NCBI GenBank assembly: GCA_963736645.1
Contig: CAVTPJ010000004.1
Location: forward strand, 79,109-143,108
Direction: 5' to 3'
DNA length: 64,000 nucleotides
Source of the DNA: an uncultured Thermoleophilia bacterium
GTDB taxonomy: Bacteria > Actinomycetota > Thermoleophilia > UBA2241
Made by a program: the position numbers and the translations under genes. Under the pieces are notes generated by a model. That model had not been told where the DNA came from and did not search any database. It was given only the letters and a program-made list of their open reading frames with translations. Below are positions 10,168 to 19,178 of the stretch, in pieces; position 1 is the stretch's first letter, and each line of letters starts with the position of its first letter.

Positions 10168-11277
10168 ATGTCGATCGAGGAGGAGTCTCCCGAGCAGTTC
10201 GGCTACGATCGCATCCGCTACAACCTCACCGAGAGCTCGGTGCGCGACCGCTCCCTGGCAGACCTCGGGATCGACCTCGGCGACATGCTCCTCTTCTACG
10301 GCGACCACGAGGGCAACGAGACGCTCCGCGACCTCGTCGCCGTCCAGAGCGGGGGCGAGGCGGCCGGCGTGAGCCGTGACGACGTGCTGGTCACGGCCGG
10401 CGCCGCCCAGGCGCTCTTCATCATCGCCACCTCACTCCTCGACAAGGGCGACCACCTCGTCGTCGTCCGCCCCAACTACGCGACCAACATCGAGACTCCT
10501 CGGGCCATCGAGGCGGACGTCAGCTTCCTCGATCTGGCCTTCGAGGACGGTTTTCGCATCGATCCCGAGAAGCTGATGGCGCTGGTCACGTCGCGCACCC
10601 GGTACGTGAGCATCACCCTGCCGCACAACCCGACCGGGGTGATGATGAGCGACACCGAACTGCGCGGCCTCGTCGCCGAGGTGGAGAGCGCCGGCTGCCG
10701 CCTGCTCGTGGACGAGACGTACAGGGAGATGACGTTCGGTGAGGCGCTCCCCGCGGCGGCCACGCTGAGCGACCGGGCGATCAGCGTCAGCTCGCTCTCG
10801 AAGACCTACGGCATCCCCGGCATCCGCACCGGCTGGGTGGTGTGCCGCGACCGTGAGCTCATGAGGACCTTCCTCGCCGCCAAGGAGCAGATCGGCATCT
10901 GCGGCAGCGTCGTGGACGAGGAGATCGCCGCGCGGGCCTTCGCCCAGAGCGGCACGTGGCTCCCGGAGCTGCACGCGTTCATCGCCCGGCGACTCGGCGT
11001 CGTCAAAGAGTGGATGGCGGACGAGGAGATGATGGAGTGGGTCGAGCCCTCCGGAGGTGTGGTGTGCTTCCCGCGGATCAGGCCGGACATCCCTGTGGAC
11101 GTGGACGAGTTCTACCGCGTGCTCGGCGAGGTGCACGGCGCCTACGTCGGGCCAGGGCACTGGTTCGAGCAGGACAGGCGCCACATGCGCATCGGCTACG
11201 CTTGGCCGCTGCCCGAAGAGCTGGAGGGCGGTCTCGCCGCCATCTCCGGGTCGCTCCGGGCCGCGCTGACCCTCTGA
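10168..11277 (+). CDS. Class I/II PLP-dependent aminotransferase
   Basis: The start is ATG 10168 (MSIEEESPEQFGYDRIRYNLTESS), with GTG 10153 as an alternative. The PLP-Lys motif is SLSKTYGIPGIRTGW. The ORF portion upstream overlaps mntP on the opposite strand and is spurious. Confidence 0.85.
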   Translation: MSIEEESPEQFGYDRIRYNLTESSVRDRSLADLGIDLGDMLLFYGDHEGNETLRDLVAVQSGGEAAGVSRDDVLVTAGAAQALFIIATSLLDKGDHLVVVRPNYATNIETPRAIEADVSFLDLAFEDGFRIDPEKLMALVTSRTRYVSITLPHNPTGVMMSDTELRGLVAEVESAGCRLLVDETYREMTFGEALPAAATLSDRAISVSSLSKTYGIPGIRTGWVVCRDRELMRTFLAAKEQIGICGSVVDEEIAARAFAQSGTWLPELHAFIARRLGVVKEWMADEEMMEWVEPSGGVVCFPRIRPDIPVDVDEFYRVLGEVHGAYVGPGHWFEQDRRHMRIGYAWPLPEELEGGLAAISGSLRAALTL

Positions 11278-11278
11278 C

Positions 11279-12166
11279 GTGATGGGCGCGGCCGACGATA
11301 TGAGGGTCAGGCATACCTCGGACCAGATCATGGGGGCCGGTGAGCGCCTGCACCTGCAGGCGTGGCTCCCGGCCGGCCCGGATCCCGAGCGGGCCCCGGA
11401 GCCGACGGCCGTGATCGCCCTCGTCCACGGGTACGGCGACCACGGCGGTCGCCACACCTGGTTCGGGGAGGACATGGGCGCGCGCGGCTACGCCGTGTAT
11501 GCGTACGACCTTCGTGGCCACGGGCTGTCCTCGGGCACGCGCGGTCAGATCGGGCGGTTCGACGACTATCTGGACGACACCGCGCTCTTCGTGGAAGAGG
11601 TGCACCGCCGCGAGCCCGGCAGGCCGGTCGTGCTGCTCGGGCACAGTCTCGGTGGTCTGATCTGCACGCGCTTCGCGGAGGAGCGCCCCTGCGACGTGCG
11701 GGCGCTCGTCCTCTCTTCGCCCTTCTTCGCGCTGGCCGTGCAGCCGGAGCCGGTCAAGCTCCTGGGGGCCAAAGTGCTCTCCGCCGTCTGGCCCGGACGC
11801 GACATCGGCAACACGGTGAGGGCCGAGGACCTCTCGCACGACCGGGCGGTGGTGGAGGCCTACGTGACCGATCCGCTCGTGCACCACGTCGCCACGGCGC
11901 GCTGGGCGGCGCAGACCCTGAGTGCCCAGGACGCGGCCATGGCCGCCGCGCCGCGCGTCGTCCTGCCGCTGCTGGTGGTGTACGGCAAGGACGACCAGGT
12001 CGCCGATCCGGCGTTCACGGAGGCTTTCTTCGCCACGGCCGGGTCGGCCGACAAGAAGCTCGTGCACTACGACGGCCTGTACCACGAGCTGTTCAACGAG
12101 GTGGGCCGCGAGCAGGTCTTCGCCGACGTCGCGGCCTGGCTCGCCGAGCGGGTCCCGGCGGGGTAG
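11279..12166 (+). CDS. Alpha/beta hydrolase (lysophospholipase / monoacylglycerol lipase-like)
   Basis: 295 aa. It has the HGYGDHGGR oxyanion region, the nucleophile elbow GHSLGG, and a C-terminal YHELFNE with the catalytic His. Confidence 0.85.
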   Translation: MMGAADDMRVRHTSDQIMGAGERLHLQAWLPAGPDPERAPEPTAVIALVHGYGDHGGRHTWFGEDMGARGYAVYAYDLRGHGLSSGTRGQIGRFDDYLDDTALFVEEVHRREPGRPVVLLGHSLGGLICTRFAEERPCDVRALVLSSPFFALAVQPEPVKLLGAKVLSAVWPGRDIGNTVRAEDLSHDRAVVEAYVTDPLVHHVATARWAAQTLSAQDAAMAAAPRVVLPLLVVYGKDDQVADPAFTEAFFATAGSADKKLVHYDGLYHELFNEVGREQVFADVAAWLAERVPAG

Positions 12167-12218
12167 GCAGGGCAGAACCCGGGACCGGCGGAGCCGTCCG
12201 CGCCGCGCGTCCCGCAGA

Positions 12219-12950
12219 TCAACCCTCGGCCGGCCGCCCCACGGTGCTCATGTAGACGACCGGCTCCACGTCGGGGTCGACGCCGAGCAGGTCCGCCGCC
12301 TCATCGTCGAAGAACGCGGCGATCTGGCAGCTGCCCAGGCCCAGGGCGGTCGCCGCCAGGGCGACGTTGCCGGCGATGTGGCCGGCGTCGAGCAGGACGT
12401 AGCGGACGAAGCGCTCGCCGTACTTCCAGCGCGAGCGCTCCAGCACCGCCGTCCACACGAGCACGGCCTGGGCGGCGGCGGCGATGCGCTGATCGAGCGC
12501 GGCGCGCGCGATCGGCAGTCGCAGGTCCCCGGCGACGAGCCGCTCGAGCGCGCGGCCGAGCACGTCGTAGTGGTACAGGCCCGGCTCGAGCTCCTCGACG
12601 CTGTTGGCGACCACGTAGTGCTCGATGGGGTAGAGGCCGCCGGCCGACGGCGCGGTGCGGAAGGCGAAGCCATCATCCCGCGCCGTGACGCCGGCGGCCG
12701 CCCACAGCAGGGCTCCGAGCTCGCCGAGCTCGAGCGGTTCCCGCGAGTACGCGCGCAGACTCCGTCGCCGGGAGAGCGCGTCGAAGAGGCCGCCGTCGTC
12801 GACGGCGAGGTCGGGCAGGGGCACGCGCGGCGCATCCGGATAGGTCTTGAACCAGTCGGGCTGGTGAGCCCAGTCCATACGGCCGCCGACGAGGCGCGAC
12901 CGGTCGTGTCTCGTCGCTCTCAGGTAGCGCTGCCCGGCGTCGTCGATCAT
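12219..12950 (-). CDS. SagB/ThcOx-family nitroreductase-fold dehydrogenase
   Basis: 243 aa. The motifs RRSLRAYS, APSAGGLYPIEHYVV, GLYHYD and LLDAGHIAGN are typical of the SagB-type dehydrogenase domain. Confidence 0.8.
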   Translation of the reverse strand: MIDDAGQRYLRATRHDRSRLVGGRMDWAHQPDWFKTYPDAPRVPLPDLAVDDGGLFDALSRRRSLRAYSREPLELGELGALLWAAAGVTARDDGFAFRTAPSAGGLYPIEHYVVANSVEELEPGLYHYDVLGRALERLVAGDLRLPIARAALDQRIAAAAQAVLVWTAVLERSRWKYGERFVRYVLLDAGHIAGNVALAATALGLGSCQIAAFFDDEAADLLGVDPDVEPVVYMSTVGRPAEG

Positions 12951-13141
12951 CCGTCGTCCCCCCGTCCATCCATCTGCGGTCGCAGGTGAAGCCTTCGCTG
13001 TGCCCGCACGCCGGCGACGCGACCGTGGCGACAGGTCACGAGCAGGTCGCTTCCTCGAGCACGGGGTGTGCGTGGCCGGACCATGACTCCAGTGATACCC
13101 GCCCCTCGCGGCCGCGTCACGGCGGACGGACGGGTCGGCGC

Positions 13142-14209
13142 TCAGAGCAGGCGGCTGAAGTCGCCCGTGCCCCAGGGTGAGGCGCCGACCGCCGCGGCCA
13201 CCGCCGTGGAGTCGTTGCCGCGGCGCAGCGCGTCCAGGATGCCGCCGTAGTACCCGTTCTTCAGCGTGATCATCGTCGCCTTGAGGCCTTGCCTCCAGCT
13301 CGTGTACGCCTTGACCCCGACGGAGTTGAAGACGGTGGCTCCCGGCATGCCCTGCGTCGTGTTGAGCGGGTTGTGGTAGGCGGTGTTGTACCAGTGACCG
13401 CCCTCGGCCATCTCCCAGGCCGTGACGGCGGCGACGTTGTCCGCCGTGACCGGGAGGCGCATGGCGACGAGCAGTGCCCTCGCCCAGGTGAGCTGGTTGA
13501 ACTGCCCGTTCTCCGCCATGGCCAGCGCGGCGCCCAAGCCGCCACTGGCGAGGATCTTCTTGATGCGCTTGGTGACGTCCTGCAGGATCGCCGCGCGTTC
13601 CGCCAGCCTCTGGTCAAGCTCGATCTTCTGGGTCTGGACCTCCTGCTCGGCGAGCACGGCCTCCTCGTGCTCGTCTTCCACCTGCCGCTCGAGGCGGCTT
13701 GCCTCACGGGCGAGGCGTTGCGCCTCGTTCTCGGCGCGCCGGTCCTCGTCGGCGACCGCCCGCAGGAGGGACCGGACGGTGTCGATGTCGGCGAGACTCC
13801 CGATGGTGGAGAAGATGTCGAGCCAGCTGAGGTCGCCCGTCTTGTAGATGGTCGCCGCCCGGGCCGCGAGGACCTCGCGCTGCAGTTCGAGCGCGCCGTC
13901 GGCGCGCGCCAGATCGCGACGCGACAGCTGCAGACGCCGGTTGACCTCGTCGAGCTGGCTCTGCGCATCCACGAGGCGCTGGCCCACCGTCTGCAGCTCG
14001 GTCTGGATGCTCTCCATCTCCACGCGCGTGCGTTTGGCTTCTCTCTGCAGTTGGGGGAGCGACGGGGCGGCCGCCGCCGGAGCAGTGGATGCGGCGGCGA
14101 GCGCCAGCGTCGCGACGAGCACGGCGAGGAGCGTCGCGCTCGCCGCGAGGACGCGGAGCGGCTTCCTGCCTGCGCTCGCCGTGAAGGGGATGGATCTGTC
14201 TCCGACCAT
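13142..14209 (-). CDS. Secreted coiled-coil protein with uncharacterised C-terminal domain
   Basis: I set the start at ATG 14209 (MVGDRSIPF...). It has a signal peptide (LLAVLVATLALAAASTAPAAAAP) followed by ~200 aa of heptad-like Q/E/R/L-rich sequence. The C-terminal ~125 aa (..AWEMAEGGHWYNTAYHNPLNTT..) match no motif I recognise. Confidence 0.6.
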   Translation of the reverse strand: MVGDRSIPFTASAGRKPLRVLAASATLLAVLVATLALAAASTAPAAAAPSLPQLQREAKRTRVEMESIQTELQTVGQRLVDAQSQLDEVNRRLQLSRRDLARADGALELQREVLAARAATIYKTGDLSWLDIFSTIGSLADIDTVRSLLRAVADEDRRAENEAQRLAREASRLERQVEDEHEEAVLAEQEVQTQKIELDQRLAERAAILQDVTKRIKKILASGGLGAALAMAENGQFNQLTWARALLVAMRLPVTADNVAAVTAWEMAEGGHWYNTAYHNPLNTTQGMPGATVFNSVGVKAYTSWRQGLKATMITLKNGYYGGILDALRRGNDSTAVAAAVGASPWGTGDFSRLL

Positions 14210-14273
14210 GTCGCCGCCCTGGATGCTCTCTGTTCGGGAGTATCGGCCCGATCGGGCGCTTCTTGACCGCTGG

Positions 14274-14300
14274 ACAGGCCGGCGCTCTGCGCCGGCCTGT
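14274..14300 (-). terminator. Perfect 12-bp GC hairpin, candidate terminator or attenuator
   Basis: The sequence is ACAGGCCGGCGC-TCT-GCGCCGGCCTGT. It lies 109 nt downstream of the decarboxylase stop (14409) and 65 nt upstream of the 14209 start. There is no U-tract. Confidence 0.4.
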
Positions 14301-14408
14301 GAGGCGGACCTTCGATCCGCGTGCGGGAATCCCTCTCTCAAGCCTAGTGGCGCGGGCGGGCGGGCGCCACCGCCGGACCGGGTGACGAGGCGGTCGCGGG
14401 GGCGCAGG

Positions 14409-15830
14409 TCAGACGGCGGCGGCCGCCTCTCGCAGCGCCGCCCAGACGCCCTCGACGTGCTCGCGCTCGGTCGGCTCGGCGCCGATCGAGACACGCAGGA
14501 GCTGGACGCCCTTGACCACCGACGGGGTCAGGTAGAAGCGGCCGGCGTCGTTGACGGCGGCGGCGATGGCGACGTTGTGGACGGCCACGGCATCCTCGTC
14601 GCCGGCAAGTGCCGCCGGCACGTGCCGCAGGCACACGGTCTGCAGCGGCGCCGGCGCGAGCAGCTCCCACTCCGGCGTCGCATCCACCTCGGCGGCCAGC
14701 CAGCTCGCGTTGGCGATGTCCCGGCGGATCCGCGCCTGCAGCCCCTGCACGCCGCTGTCGCGGAGCAGGAACCAGAGCTTGAGCGCGCGGAAGCGGCGGC
14801 CGAGCGGGATTCCCCAGTCACGCAGGTTGCGCACGCGGCCGTCCTGGGCCGTGCGCAGGTAGCTGGGGTCGGTACTCATGACGCGCACGAGGTGCTCGGG
14901 GTCGCGCACGAAGTAGGCGGCGAGGTCGAAGCCCGTGCCCAGCCACTTGTGCGGGTTGAAGACGATCGAGTCGGCTCCGTCGACGCCCTCCCACATCCAG
15001 CGGTACTCGGGGCAGATCATCGCGGAACCGGCGAGCGCCGCGTCGACGTGAAGCCATAGGCCGTGCCGCCGGCAGAGGCCGAAGATTCCCGCCACCGGGT
15101 CGAGCGCCGTGGTGGCGGTCGTGCCGACCGCGGCCACCACGGCGCAGGGCCGGCGGCCGGCGGCCACGTCATCAGCGACGGCGCGCTCCAGCAGGTCCAG
15201 CCGGAGCGCGTGCTCGTCGTCGGTGCCGATGAGGCGCAGCTGCTCGGCGCCGAATCCCGCGAGGAGCGCCGCCTTGGGCACAGAGCTGTGCGCCTGATCG
15301 CTCGCGTACACGACGAGCGGCGCGACCTCGGCCTGCAGACCGCCGTGGTTCTGCGAGAACGCCGAGGCCCGCTCGCGGGCACAGAGCAGGGCGCAGAGGG
15401 TCGACGTGCTGGCCGTGTCTGCGATCACGCCGGTGAAGGCCTCCGGAAGTCCGACCATCTGGCGCAGCCAGTCCATGACGACGTCTTCCACCTCGGTGCA
15501 GGCGGGACTGGTCTGCCAGCTCATGCCCTGGGGGCCGAGACCGGAAGACACGAGGTCGGCGAGCACGGAGGCGAGGTCCGTGTTGCTGGGGAAGTAGGCG
15601 AGAAAGCCGGGGTGGTTCCAGTGGGTGATGCCGGGCATGACGATGCGCTCGAGGTCGGCGACGATGTCGCCGAGACCGGTGCCGCGCAGTGGCGGCTCGG
15701 TGGGCAGCTGCGCCGCCACCTCACCCGGCTGCACCCGGCTCAAGACGGGGAAGTCGCCGATCTGCTCCCGATAGTCGGCGACCCAGTCGACCAGCTCGTG
15801 GCCGAGCTTGCGGAACTCATGCGGGTCCAT
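14409..15830 (-). CDS. Aromatic-L-amino-acid decarboxylase-like PLP enzyme (group II)
   Basis: 473 aa. The N-terminus MDPHEFRKLGHELVDWVADY, then HWNHPGFLAYFPS, and the PLP-Lys motif FNPHKWL together match the DDC/TDC pattern. Confidence 0.9.
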   Translation of the reverse strand: MDPHEFRKLGHELVDWVADYREQIGDFPVLSRVQPGEVAAQLPTEPPLRGTGLGDIVADLERIVMPGITHWNHPGFLAYFPSNTDLASVLADLVSSGLGPQGMSWQTSPACTEVEDVVMDWLRQMVGLPEAFTGVIADTASTSTLCALLCARERASAFSQNHGGLQAEVAPLVVYASDQAHSSVPKAALLAGFGAEQLRLIGTDDEHALRLDLLERAVADDVAAGRRPCAVVAAVGTTATTALDPVAGIFGLCRRHGLWLHVDAALAGSAMICPEYRWMWEGVDGADSIVFNPHKWLGTGFDLAAYFVRDPEHLVRVMSTDPSYLRTAQDGRVRNLRDWGIPLGRRFRALKLWFLLRDSGVQGLQARIRRDIANASWLAAEVDATPEWELLAPAPLQTVCLRHVPAALAGDEDAVAVHNVAIAAAVNDAGRFYLTPSVVKGVQLLRVSIGAEPTEREHVEGVWAALREAAAAV

Positions 15831-16088
15831 CGGCGCTCCCGAGGTCGGACGGATGGTCGGGCGGCGAGAAGCGGCCGCGCCGCCCGACGATTCTACCGCG
15901 CGCCGCCGATCCCGGTCCGCGGCTCGAGCCGCCGGGCGCCGCGGGGCGCCGCAAACGCGCCGTGCGGATGCCTGATCATCTGCCGCTGATGAAGAAGTCC
16001 GTCGGACCCCTCACCGTTCATGACCCACCTTGCGGGCAGAAGCCGGCAACAGATGGGCACGGAGGCGCCCGTGTCTCGCGGAACGGCG

Positions 16089-16817
16089 TCAGCGTGCTCC
16101 CGAACGTGCGGGGTGGTCCCCACCCGGAGGGGGTGATGTGGAGCGCGCATCATCTCGGCGCCGCCTCGCGACACACACCTCGGAGCTCAGGAACCAGTCG
16201 GTGACGGTCATGCCTGCGCACACGTCCCACTGGTGAGGCTGGAGGAGGCCGCGGAGCGCCAGCGGCCGGCAGCCGCCGAGGAGCGCGGGGTTCAAGCGCC
16301 AGACGGCGCGCCAGAGGGCGGTGACGAGTCGCGCCGGCGCGGTGCGCCCCTGCGCGAGGCTGGCAAGAGCGAGCAGCCCCCCGGGGCGCAGCGCCCGGTG
16401 CGCTTCGGCGACGAACTCCTCCGCCTCCATGGGGCTGAGCAGATCGAGCACGTAGGTGCTCACGACCCGGTCGCAGGAGGCGTCGGCGACAGGCAGGTGC
16501 ATGGCGCCGTCCGTGAGCTCCACGCGCGCGCGGCCGGCCCACGGCGCGACTACCGCGCGCGCCAGTTGGACCATGCGCGGACTCACGTCGACGGCGAGGT
16601 AGGTGGCGTTCGCAGGCAGCGCCTCGCGCAGCAGGCGCGCGGCGAAGCGTCCGGTGCCGCAACCGAACTCCACGACGGACGCGGCGGAGGTGAAATCCCC
16701 GTGCGCCGCGACGGCATCGAGAGCGCGACGCTCGGAGAGCGGCCGGGCGTCCTGGGCGCGGCCGATGCGGTCGTAGAACCTCCGCGCCTGCTCATGGGTC
16801 ACGAACCTTGGCTCCAT
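16089..16817 (-). CDS. Class I SAM-dependent methyltransferase
   Basis: SAM motif I is VVEFGCGTGR, and an acidic post-I residue is present. The C-terminal ~25 aa are low-complexity, so the true stop context could not be checked. Confidence 0.8.
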   Translation of the reverse strand: MEPRFVTHEQARRFYDRIGRAQDARPLSERRALDAVAAHGDFTSAASVVEFGCGTGRFAARLLREALPANATYLAVDVSPRMVQLARAVVAPWAGRARVELTDGAMHLPVADASCDRVVSTYVLDLLSPMEAEEFVAEAHRALRPGGLLALASLAQGRTAPARLVTALWRAVWRLNPALLGGCRPLALRGLLQPHQWDVCAGMTVTDWFLSSEVCVARRRRDDARSTSPPPGGDHPARSGAR

Positions 16818-16949
16818 TCCACGTCTATCCTACCCGCGGGGGCGACGCGTCGGGCCGCCGTGCGGTTGCCGCTGCTCGCCGGCCGATGCAGGATGCAGGC
16901 ATCGCGCCGGCCGGGCCGGCCGTTCGCGTCTGAAGCTCCGGAGGCCAGC

Positions 16950-18077
16950 GTGCACATCGAACCGTTCTTCGTCGAGCAGTGGATGAACGCCCACGAGACG
17001 ACGGCGACGTGGAACATCGCCGAGACCTGCGTCGACTCGGTGACGCTCGACGAGCTGCTCGCGCTGAGCGGTGACGCCGACGCGGTCCTGAGTCAGCTGC
17101 GTGAGACCCGGCTCGGCTACGGCGACATCGTCGGCTCGCCGCGACTGCGCGCCGCCGTCGCGGCGCTCTACGGTGAGCGCATCACGGCCGATCACGTGCT
17201 CACGGCCAACGGCGCGATCGGCGCCAACTTCCTCGCCCTCTACGCGCTCGTCGAGCCCGGCAGCACGGTGGTGACCGTCCAGCCGACGTACCAGCAGCTG
17301 TTCTCCGTGCCCGATTCACTCGGCGCCGAGGTCCGGGAGCTGCGTCTGCGCGAGGAGGACGCATACCTGCCCGATGTGGACGCGCTCCGCGCGCTCACCG
17401 ACGAGCGCACCCGGCTCATCGTCCTGAACAACCCGAACAACCCCACGGGCGCGCTGATCGACGAGCCGCTGCTGCGCGAGATCGTCGAGGTCGCGCGCGA
17501 GCGCGACGCCTGGCTCTTCTGCGACGAGGTCTACCGCAAGTTGGAGCACGAGCCGGGAACGACGGCGCCGTCGGTCGCCGACCTCTACGAGAGGGGCGTC
17601 TCCAGCGGCAGCATGAGCAAGAGCTACTCGCTCGCCGGGCTGCGCACCGGCTGGGTGGCCGGACCGACGGAGGTCATCCGACGCTGCCTCGACGTGCGCG
17701 ACTACACGACCATCAGCGGCGGCGTGCTGGACGACGCGCTTGCGACGGTGGCGCTCGAGCACGTCGACGCGGTGCTCGCCCGCAGTCTCGAGATCGTGCG
17801 CGGCAACCTGGCGGTCGTCGACGCGTGGATCGCGCGCGAACCGCGGCTGCACTACGTGCGGCCACGGGCCGGCACGACGGCGCTCGTCCGTTACGACCAC
17901 GACGTGCCGTCAACCGCGTTCTGCCAGGGCATGTTCGACCTGAACGGCGCCTTCGTCATGCCGGGAGCCGCCTTCGGCGAGGAGCACTCGTTTCGCCTCG
18001 GCTACGCGTGCGCCCGCGCTGTGCTCGAGGGCGGGCTCGCCGCCGTGTCCGCCTACCTGCGCACGCTCGAGGCCTGA
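16950..18077 (+). CDS. Class I/II PLP-dependent aminotransferase
   Basis: I set the start at GTG 16950 (VHIEPFFVEQWMN), with GGAGG 5 nt upstream. It has NNPNNPTG and the PLP-Lys motif SMSKSYSLAGLRTGW. The upstream 239 codons of the track ORF are antisense to the methyltransferase and spurious. Confidence 0.85.
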   Translation: MHIEPFFVEQWMNAHETTATWNIAETCVDSVTLDELLALSGDADAVLSQLRETRLGYGDIVGSPRLRAAVAALYGERITADHVLTANGAIGANFLALYALVEPGSTVVTVQPTYQQLFSVPDSLGAEVRELRLREEDAYLPDVDALRALTDERTRLIVLNNPNNPTGALIDEPLLREIVEVARERDAWLFCDEVYRKLEHEPGTTAPSVADLYERGVSSGSMSKSYSLAGLRTGWVAGPTEVIRRCLDVRDYTTISGGVLDDALATVALEHVDAVLARSLEIVRGNLAVVDAWIAREPRLHYVRPRAGTTALVRYDHDVPSTAFCQGMFDLNGAFVMPGAAFGEEHSFRLGYACARAVLEGGLAAVSAYLRTLEA

Positions 18078-18210
18078 GCCGTACGCGGCGGGGCCGGGCG
18101 CCCCCGCGGCGCCCCGGCCCCTGCGACTCGCCGTCAGGACGGCGGCCCCTGCCGCCCCGTCGGCGCGGCGGTCCTTGGCCACGGAGCCATCGCGGTCGCG
18201 GACTCGTGTG

Positions 18211-18636
18211 TCAGTCGCCGGCGCCGATCGAGCGTCCGGGGAATCCGCCCCTGGCCGGCGCGCGCGTCCCTGGTGCGATGACGATGAAGCCGGTACCGGC
18301 AGCGCTCGACCTCCCGACGGCGAAGCCGCCGCGCGCCGGGCTGCGGGTGCTCGAGATGTGCTTGACCACGGCCGGCTCCGTCGCGGCCACGGCGGCGACC
18401 GCGGCCACGGCGGCATGCTGCGACTGCGTGACGGTGGCCAGTGCGTGCCCGCCGGCCCGGTGCAGCGCCGCGGACTCCGCGCCGGAGAACACCGCGCTGA
18501 AGAGGATGCCGACGAGCAGCCCGGCCACCACGGCGGCGGCCAGAATGGCGATCGTCGCGGTCAGGGGATGCTGCGAGCTCCATGCGGTGGCGCCGTGGTG
18601 ATAGCGCTCGTGCGGGTGGACGGTGTACGTGCTCAT
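18211..18636 (-). CDS. Hypothetical His-rich single-pass membrane protein
   Basis: ATG 18636 (MSTYTVHPHERYHHG) is preceded by GAGGAGG. It has one TM helix (ATIAILAAAVVAGLLVGILFSAVF). The C-terminus contains a repeated PARGGF(A/P)GRS motif. No family is recognised. Confidence 0.45.
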   Translation of the reverse strand: MSTYTVHPHERYHHGATAWSSQHPLTATIAILAAAVVAGLLVGILFSAVFSGAESAALHRAGGHALATVTQSQHAAVAAVAAVAATEPAVVKHISSTRSPARGGFAVGRSSAAGTGFIVIAPGTRAPARGGFPGRSIGAGD

Positions 18637-18790
18637 CGGTGCGCCTCCTCGTCGTCTGGTCTGTAGCGCGGTCCCCTGGTGAGCGGGGGCTGATGCTTCT
18701 GAGACTACGGGCACCGAGGCAGCCTTCGCCTCACCCCACCTGGGTGAATCGCCGCACACCCCCGCCGCGGGAGTGGACTAGAATGCCGGG

Positions 18791-19165
18791 GTGATGGAGG
18801 ACCGCCCCACACCGGACGAGGGTCTCACCGATTCCGCTCCGCGACGTACGTGGCTGGCCGCGGAGCGCACCTACCTCGCCTGGCTGCGTACCGGCCTCGG
18901 CGCGCTCGGTATCGCGCTCGCGGTGGGGCGGCTGCTGCCGGCGCTGATCGAGACCGAGCACATCGGCTTCGGTCTGCTCGGCATCGGCTACGCGGCACTC
19001 GGCGTCTTCCTGCTCGTCCTGTCCGCGTACAGGACGCACCGCGTCCGCTCGGCACTGGCGGCTGGCAGGCCGCTACCGACGGACGGCTGGACGATCTGGG
19101 TACTCACGGCGGCGAGCCTCATCCTGGCCGCCGGCACCATCGCGCTGGTCGTCGTCGCGATCTGA
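18791..19165 (+). CDS. DUF202 (YidH-like) membrane protein
   Basis: The motif RTWLAAERTYLAWLRTGLGALGIA is followed by two more TM helices. That arrangement is the DUF202 architecture. Confidence 0.75.
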   Translation: MMEDRPTPDEGLTDSAPRRTWLAAERTYLAWLRTGLGALGIALAVGRLLPALIETEHIGFGLLGIGYAALGVFLLVLSAYRTHRVRSALAAGRPLPTDGWTIWVLTAASLILAAGTIALVVVAI

Positions 19166-19178
19166 ACGGGAGGACCAT

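Noticed and set aside
12951-13141. A RiPP precursor peptide upstream of the SagB-type dehydrogenase.
   Set aside because: Only trivially short ORFs are present (for example 15 codons, MVRPRTPRARGSDLLV), with no Cys/Ser/Thr-rich core. No cyclodehydratase gene is nearby.
14210-14408. A cyclic-di-AMP (ydaO-type) riboswitch in the leader of the secreted coiled-coil protein. The idea came from the known association of that riboswitch with actinobacterial cell-wall genes.
   Set aside because: The hallmark strings I remember for the motif (ACGGGGA..CCCA, GGGGUGAAUC, CCGA..CGUAAGCG) are not present on the sense strand. Only vague resemblance exists. A covariance-model scan would be needed.
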